From contig CAIOMK010000030.1 of assembly GCA_903859375.1 (NCBI GenBank), positions 5,238 through 69,237 on the forward strand: a DNA stretch of 64,000 bases. Reading direction: 5' to 3'. This stretch comes from Candidatus Moraniibacteriota bacterium (GTDB lineage: Bacteria; Patescibacteriota; Minisyncoccia; Moranbacterales; UBA1568). Below the pieces are notes generated by a model that was not told where the DNA came from, made no database searches, and was given only the letters and a program-made list of their open reading frames with translations. Every line of letters starts with the position of its first letter. Positions within the stretch are counted from its first letter, which is position 1. Both the position numbers and the translations under genes were made by a program. Below, piece by piece: positions 58,672 through 64,000 of this stretch.

Positions 58672-59616
58672 TTATTCGACGTTCCTTCTGCGTACGACAT
58701 ACATCGGACGACCTATGACCTCCTTATGGATATTCGCGACATAGATTGCCAACAACCCGATGGACATGAGCAGTATACCGACCAGAAACAGCAACAGTAT
58801 CGCGAGATTCTCGGAATCGGAAAAGGTCGACGCGAACTCCGAACGAAAAAAGTATTTTCCCAGGAAGATATACAGCCCGGAAGCACCCGCGAAGAGCGTT
58901 ATGAATATGCCGAGAAAACCAGCGAGTTTGAGAGGCATCAGGCTCAGAGATATGAAACTGTCGATTGCGAGCCGGAACAGCCGGATGAAACTGTAGCTGG
59001 CCGTGCCGAACAGACGTTCGTTGGCGTCAAAATGGATGAAATCCCGTCGGAACCCGAGCCAATCGATGAGCGCCCTCGTCATACGGCTCTTTTCCGTGAA
59101 CCGGTTGAACTCGTTCACGACGGCCTTGTCGATGAGTCTGAAGTCGGTCGCATTCGGGACGACGTGCACCTCGGCGATCCTGTTGATGATATGATAGAAC
59201 AGCTTCGATCCCATCTTCTTGATCAGTCCCTCACTACGGTTCTTGTTGCGAACCCCGATGACGACGTCGAACCCGCTCTCCCACCGTCGTATGAATTCCG
59301 GTATGAGTCCGACCGGATGCTGGAGGTCTGCATCAATCATGATACAGGCGTCGGCCGTCGATGCGTTGATACCCGCGGTGGTCGCGACCTCTTTCCCGAA
59401 ATTCCTCGAAAAATCGATATACCGGACCGCCGTGTCGACGGTGGCCAGCTTCATTATTTCGCCGATCGTGTCGTCGGTACTCCCATCGTTCACGAACAGG
59501 ATCTGAAACGAATACGTGCCCGAAAACGGCGCGGACACTTCTTTGAGCGCGTCATACACCGGTCGGATGTTCTTCTCCTCGTTACAGGCGGGAATGATGA
59601 TGAGGATCGATTTCAT
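58672..59616 (-). CDS. polyprenyl-phosphate glycosyltransferase (GT2; Dpm1/ArnC/GtrB-like), second copy
   Basis: IIIPACNEE, FVNDGSTDDT, IMIDADLQH (DxD) and two C-terminal TM helices. Confidence 0.75.
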   Translation of the reverse strand: MKSILIIIPACNEEKNIRPVYDALKEVSAPFSGTYSFQILFVNDGSTDDTIGEIMKLATVDTAVRYIDFSRNFGKEVATTAGINASTADACIMIDADLQHPVGLIPEFIRRWESGFDVVIGVRNKNRSEGLIKKMGSKLFYHIINRIAEVHVVPNATDFRLIDKAVVNEFNRFTEKSRMTRALIDWLGFRRDFIHFDANERLFGTASYSFIRLFRLAIDSFISLSLMPLKLAGFLGIFITLFAGASGLYIFLGKYFFRSEFASTFSDSENLAILLLFLVGILLMSIGLLAIYVANIHKEVIGRPMYVVRRRNVE

Positions 59617-59721
59617 TGGGTTTCACGGTCATATTTCAAGCCGATCCGACATGACATTCACATGCAGAGTATACCATGAAACGGCACGCCGAGAGCATAC
59701 CGAAGCGAAGTCGCCCGTTCC

Positions 59722-60678
59722 TTATGGGCCGTCCATCCCGTAGGTCTTTTTCTCACGGAAGAAGAACGGCGCACCGACGAGACTGACGAGAATCTGTATG
59801 AAACGGACGAGCAACGCGACGGCGAGCGCCGACTCCGGCCGGATGCCAATGAGCGGAAAGAACGTATAGTATGCCCATTCCTTGAATCCGATGTTGTTGA
59901 TCGATACCGGCAGACTCGAGACGAGACTGATCAAGAATACCGTCGCGAGATACGGGAAGATCGGCACATGCTCACCGAGCGCATAAAAGAGCACGAGATT
60001 GAACAGACCGACCCCGACGATCGCGAATGCCGTCGCAAGCGCGAAGTTTTCACGCAGAAAAGTCCATTTCGCGTACCGGTCTATCTCCTTGAAAAATTTC
60101 CTCAACCGGCCGGGCAACCGATCGAACAGGCTTTGGCAACGCGGATGAGCATATCCGTATGTGAGCGCCACATTCACGAGCATGAACAAGAACAATCCGA
60201 TACCGAACCACGCAAAGAGCGGTTTCGCGAAAATATGATCGTAACCGAGAAAGCCGAACACGAAAAAAAGGATGATGGTCGTCCACAATCCGATGAAACG
60301 CGTGAACATGACCGTCGAGATTGCCGCAGGATAGCGTTTCTCCGACTTCCCGAGGATATAGCTCTGATACGCGTCACCGCCGAAAAATGACGGGAGAAAA
60401 TTGTTCAGGAAGAGTCCGGCGAAATAGTATTCCGTCGCATTTCGGAATGTCATGGAGAACTTCTTGAACTGCGCCGCACGCCACCACCGCTCGATACACA
60501 TGAACAAACCGATGACATACAGCAGGAGTGCGAGCAACAACAGTGGCAACGAGGCCTGCGCGACCTCGGACCATATCGGCGCCCAATCGACATTCCGGAC
60601 GAGAAGAGAAATCAATGTGACCGCCATGACGGTCTTGAACACGAAAAATAATTTTTTACTTAGGTTTGTTTTCTCCAC
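59722..60678 (-). CDS. MprF-TM-like flippase-like membrane protein, second copy
   Basis: 318 aa, 8 TM helices. FLNNFLPSFFGGDAYQSYILGKSE block, paralogous to the 55738-56685 gene. Confidence 0.55.
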   Translation of the reverse strand: MEKTNLSKKLFFVFKTVMAVTLISLLVRNVDWAPIWSEVAQASLPLLLLALLLYVIGLFMCIERWWRAAQFKKFSMTFRNATEYYFAGLFLNNFLPSFFGGDAYQSYILGKSEKRYPAAISTVMFTRFIGLWTTIILFFVFGFLGYDHIFAKPLFAWFGIGLFLFMLVNVALTYGYAHPRCQSLFDRLPGRLRKFFKEIDRYAKWTFLRENFALATAFAIVGVGLFNLVLFYALGEHVPIFPYLATVFLISLVSSLPVSINNIGFKEWAYYTFFPLIGIRPESALAVALLVRFIQILVSLVGAPFFFREKKTYGMDGP

Positions 60679-60699
60679 GATGTTCCGATTAGGACTCCC

Positions 60700-61842
60700 T
60701 TACGATATGCTCCGACGATATTCTTCCACGTATTTCTCCGCCACGGCGCGCCAGCTCATGGCCTCCGCGCGGACACGGCTCGCGTCACCCATACGGATCC
60801 GTAGTCCGGGGTCGGCGACGAGCGTACCGAGTTTCTCCGCGAGATCTTCGGCCGATCCTGTGTCCACGAAAAACCCGTTCTCCCCGTCTTTCACCAACTC
60901 CTGAGTCCCACCGGTGACCGTCGCCACGATAGGAAGTCCAGATGATATCGCTTCGAGCACGGTGTTGCTCATGCCTTCGTTGAGCGACGGGAGACAGAAG
61001 ATGTCCGCCCCACGATAGACGTCCGGCAAATCCCCATGTGTGATTAGACCGGCGAACTCCACGCGGGAGGTCACGTCGACCTCCTTCGCAAGCGCTTCCA
61101 GGTTCGGCCGTTCGCCACCTCCGCCGACGATGACCAATCGTGCCGTTTTCGGCAGAAGTGCCATGGCACGTATCATAAATCTGATACCTTTTCGCGGAGT
61201 GAGGCGGGATACGATCAATATGCGGACACTGTCGGCCACGGATTTCCGGCTACCCGGTGAAAATTCTTCCGTATCGACCCCGTTCGGTATGACTGGGATA
61301 TCCCGTTTCGAATCCGTCTTGTATGCGAGGTCACGCAGTCCCGTACTATTGGACACGACCCGTCGTGCCCGACGCCAGATGAGTCGGACGACCGGTCGGA
61401 GTACGGCATACAACGCGGTGAAGCGCTCGCTATATCCGGGCACATCCGCCCCACGGAGCGAGACGATATATGGCAGACCGTATTCGATCCGAAGCGCGAG
61501 TGCGAGGAATCCACACGGCACCGTGAAAAAGGCGTGTACAAGGTCGAAATTCCCTTCCGTCCGAATCAGTTTCCGTGAGAAAAAATATGCTTTCCACGAA
61601 TATGTGAGCAGGTTGTTGCGCGATTGATAGTGGAGATTCTTCGGATCCTTTCCGATAGGCAGACGATGGATGACGATGCTGTCTCCTATCGTCTCGCGGG
61701 AGTAGTCCCCGCCCACAGCCGATGTGACCAGATGGACTTCGAGGTCCGCCACCTTCGCGTACTCACGGAGAAGATACGCCGTGGCGTTTCCTGCCCCGCC
61801 GCCAAGCGGTGGATATTCATAATTTAAAAAGAGGATTTTCAT
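60700..61842 (-). CDS. GT4-family glycosyltransferase
   Basis: YPPLGGGAGNATAYL near the N-terminus. C-terminal NEGMSNTVLEAISSGLPIVAT (EX7E-like) motif. Confidence 0.75.
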   Translation of the reverse strand: MKILFLNYEYPPLGGGAGNATAYLLREYAKVADLEVHLVTSAVGGDYSRETIGDSIVIHRLPIGKDPKNLHYQSRNNLLTYSWKAYFFSRKLIRTEGNFDLVHAFFTVPCGFLALALRIEYGLPYIVSLRGADVPGYSERFTALYAVLRPVVRLIWRRARRVVSNSTGLRDLAYKTDSKRDIPVIPNGVDTEEFSPGSRKSVADSVRILIVSRLTPRKGIRFMIRAMALLPKTARLVIVGGGGERPNLEALAKEVDVTSRVEFAGLITHGDLPDVYRGADIFCLPSLNEGMSNTVLEAISSGLPIVATVTGGTQELVKDGENGFFVDTGSAEDLAEKLGTLVADPGLRIRMGDASRVRAEAMSWRAVAEKYVEEYRRSIS

Positions 61843-61843
61843 A

Positions 61844-63169
61844 TTATCTCCCTATCGAACGGTATTCGAAACCGAGTTCTTTCATTTTCTTCGGCTCATA
61901 CAACAGCCGACCATCGAAGACGAGCGGTTCGTTCAATGCCGTCCTGATACGATCGAAATCCGGTGTGCGGAATTCCTTCCATTCAGTGACGACGATCATG
62001 GCATCCGCGCCGGCAAGCGCCTCATATTTGTCTTCAAAATACGTGATGGACAGATTGTCACCGAAATATTCCGGTGTCCGTGCCATTTTCATGGCTTCCG
62101 GATCATGTGCACGGATAACCGCTCCCCGTTCGATCAGCATATTCACGAGCGTGATCGCGGGCGATTCGCGCATATCATCCGTACCGGCCTTGAAAGCCAA
62201 GCCCCATACACCGAATATCTTGCCGGTCAGGTCATCGCCCATTTCGTCCGTCACCATCGTGGCCAAGACGAGTTTCTGCTTTTCGTTGGTATCGAGTGTC
62301 TGCCTGAGCATCAGGGCATCGTATCCGAAATCGCCGGCCGTCTTCACGAGTGCCTTCACGTCCTTCGGGAAACATGACCCGCCAAATCCGGCACTCGCAT
62401 ACAGGAACGCATCACCGATACGAGGATCCGCACCCATGGCCTTGCGGACATTCTCATAGTCCGCACCCGTCTTCGAACAAATGTTTGCCAATTCGTTCGA
62501 TGCCGAAATCTTGACTGCGAGGAAACAGTTCGAGGCATATTTCACGATCTCGGCTGTCTTCGCGTCCATCGCAAAGAACCGACCTTCCCGACGCATGAAC
62601 GGTTCGTACAGTTCCTTCATCGTCTCGATTGCCTTCTGATCGTCGGAGCCGACGACGATACGGCTCGGTTCCAGGAAATCCTTCACTGCCGTTCCCTGTG
62701 CCAAAAACTCCGGATTGCTCACCACCTGAAATGGGATCTCGACACCGCGCGCTTTCAGTTGCTCGGCGATCGTGTTCGAGACCAATTCGGCGGTCCCGAC
62801 CGGCACTGTCGATTTGTCCACGACGATGATCTCGTGATCCATGCATCGCCCGAGGTCGGCAGCCACGCCCAACACATGGCTCAGATCGGCGCTTCCATCC
62901 TCATTCGGCGGAGTACCGACGGCGATGAATATGATATCGCTTGTACTGAGTGCAGCCTCGAAATCGGTCGTGAACGACAGTGTCTTGTTCTTCAGATTCC
63001 GCAAGACGAGCTCATCCAACCCCTTCTCATGAAGCGGGGCTTTTCCTGATTCGAATTTGGCGATCTTGGCCTGGTCCTTGTCGACGCATATGACCGTATT
63101 GCCCATTTCCGCGAAGCACGCGCCGGTCACCGAACCGACATATCCCGTCCCGATTACAGCAATATTCAT
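61844..63169 (-). CDS. ugd: UDP-glucose 6-dehydrogenase
   Basis: 441 aa. GTGYVGSV Rossmann motif and catalytic GFGGSCFPKD. 1-nt gap to the GT4 downstream. Confidence 0.85.
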   Translation of the reverse strand: MNIAVIGTGYVGSVTGACFAEMGNTVICVDKDQAKIAKFESGKAPLHEKGLDELVLRNLKNKTLSFTTDFEAALSTSDIIFIAVGTPPNEDGSADLSHVLGVAADLGRCMDHEIIVVDKSTVPVGTAELVSNTIAEQLKARGVEIPFQVVSNPEFLAQGTAVKDFLEPSRIVVGSDDQKAIETMKELYEPFMRREGRFFAMDAKTAEIVKYASNCFLAVKISASNELANICSKTGADYENVRKAMGADPRIGDAFLYASAGFGGSCFPKDVKALVKTAGDFGYDALMLRQTLDTNEKQKLVLATMVTDEMGDDLTGKIFGVWGLAFKAGTDDMRESPAITLVNMLIERGAVIRAHDPEAMKMARTPEYFGDNLSITYFEDKYEALAGADAMIVVTEWKEFRTPDFDRIRTALNEPLVFDGRLLYEPKKMKELGFEYRSIGR

Positions 63170-63182
63170 ATGTCAGTATGTC

Positions 63183-64000
63183 CTATGAAGTGATAACCTC
63201 CCTGATGTTGTAATTCATTTTCCCCTGAACCTTGTAGTAGTTCTTCAGCATGATATCGGCCAAGAGTCCGAACACGAACAACTGGATACCGACGAGCACG
63301 AAGAACACACCGACCAACGGCCAATTTCTGGTAGCGATCGCCTGGCCCTGATATTTCTCTATCGCCATCCATACCAGGACAAGGAAACCCGTTGCCGCAA
63401 AGACGATACCCGTACCGCCGAACAGATGCAACGGCCGGTTGGAATATTTGCGCCAGAACCAGATCGAGATCATGTCCACGAATCCCTTCATCCCCCGCTT
63501 CCAATTGTATTTCGTCACGCCCGACACCCGCGGATGATGACTCACTTTGACTTCGCCGACGCTGTACCCCTGCATTTCCAATATCGCCGGAATAAAACGG
63601 TGCATCTCGCCGAACAGATCCAGATCCTCGAAACAAATCCGCTTATATGCCTTCAGCGAACAACCGCTGTCATGGATCTTGTCCTGTATCAGGACCTTGC
63701 GCAAAAGATTGGCCGTGCGCGAAAAAATCTTTTTTCCGAGACTGTCCTTTCGCTTGAAGCGCCAACCGGTGACCACATCGAAGCCTTCATCCATTTTTTC
63801 CAACAAAAGTCCGATATCTGCCGGATCGTTCTGGAGATCGCCGTCCATCATGACGATTACTTCGCCTTTCGATTGCTTGATTCCGGCATCGAAGGAGGCC
63901 GTCTGACCGAAATTTTTCCGAAACCGTATCAGCGTAAGCGGGGAAAGACCGACACAATTTCCTACTGTGGCATCCGTAGAACCGTCATCCACGAAAATGA
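63183..64000 (-). CDS. polyprenyl-phosphate glycosyltransferase (GT2; Dpm1/ArnC/GtrB-like), third copy, N-terminus cut by window edge
   Basis: The reading frame stays open to position 64000 (..IFVDDGSTD). MMDGDLQND (DxD) and two C-terminal TM helices. Partial gene. Confidence 0.7.
   Translation of the reverse strand, partial: IFVDDGSTDATVGNCVGLSPLTLIRFRKNFGQTASFDAGIKQSKGEVIVMMDGDLQNDPADIGLLLEKMDEGFDVVTGWRFKRKDSLGKKIFSRTANLLRKVLIQDKIHDSGCSLKAYKRICFEDLDLFGEMHRFIPAILEMQGYSVGEVKVSHHPRVSGVTKYNWKRGMKGFVDMISIWFWRKYSNRPLHLFGGTGIVFAATGFLVLVWMAIEKYQGQAIATRNWPLVGVFFVLVGIQLFVFGLLADIMLKNYYKVQGKMNYNIREVITS

Noticed and set aside
58663-59679. 338-aa plus-strand ORF
   Set aside because: Antisense to the Dpm1-like GT2, which has a clear DxD and TM architecture.
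55738-60678. MprF (lysyl-phosphatidylglycerol synthase)
   Set aside because: Only the N-terminal flippase-type TM domain is present in each protein (about 315 aa). The C-terminal aminoacyl-PG synthase domain is absent. They are called flippase-like, not MprF.
36792-63169. Classical arnBCADTEF (L-Ara4N lipid A modification) operon
   Set aside because: Ugd, ArnC-like GT2 and ArnT-like GT-C are present, but no ArnA (formyltransferase/decarboxylase), ArnB (aminotransferase) or ArnD is seen. The ArnT-like genes are a nine-member paralog array rather than a single gene. The locus is therefore not the polymyxin-resistance pathway.

Overview
About 55% GC bacterial window with tightly packed, frequently overlapping genes (ATGA start/stop overlaps at gltX/downstream gene, def/fmt, NTase/rtcB, and inside the GT-C array). 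All family calls come from motifs read in the ORF translations; no database search was possible.

Layout:
(i) 1-16.5 kb: a Cas4/AddB-like Fe-S PD-(D/E)XK nuclease, a 1.1 kb AT-rich noncoding island carrying a triplicated ~20-nt motif, two basic hypothetical proteins, and a PcsB-like coiled-coil plus papain-like peptidase. Housekeeping genes follow: gltX, GT26 WecB/TagA-like, a 2H-phosphoesterase-like protein lacking both catalytic His, CapA-family, a PriA-like protein with degenerate helicase motifs, def-fmt, rhodanese, YfiH/PgeF, an orphan groES, and ctpA.
(ii) 16.5-64 kb: a ~47 kb surface-glycan island. It holds 1 classic GT2, about 6 GT4/GT-B enzymes, 3 Dpm1/ArnC/GtrB-like polyprenyl-phosphate sugar synthases, 2 nucleotide-sugar dehydrogenases, an AsnB-like amidotransferase, a Wzx flippase, 2 Wzy/WaaL-like proteins, 2 MprF-TM-like flippase-like proteins, a GH28 beta-helix hydrolase, an ALG10/DIE2-like protein, a YfhO-like membrane protein and a large unassigned polytopic membrane protein.

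The most striking part of the island is a contiguous array of 9 paralogous ArnT/PMT-like GT-C membrane glycosyltransferases at 36.8-52.8 kb. Embedded in the island is an RNA-repair-like cassette: a TM1266-like ACT protein, a pol-beta nucleotidyltransferase and an RtcB ligase. The gene content resembles small-genome lineages, but taxonomy cannot be established from sequence alone.
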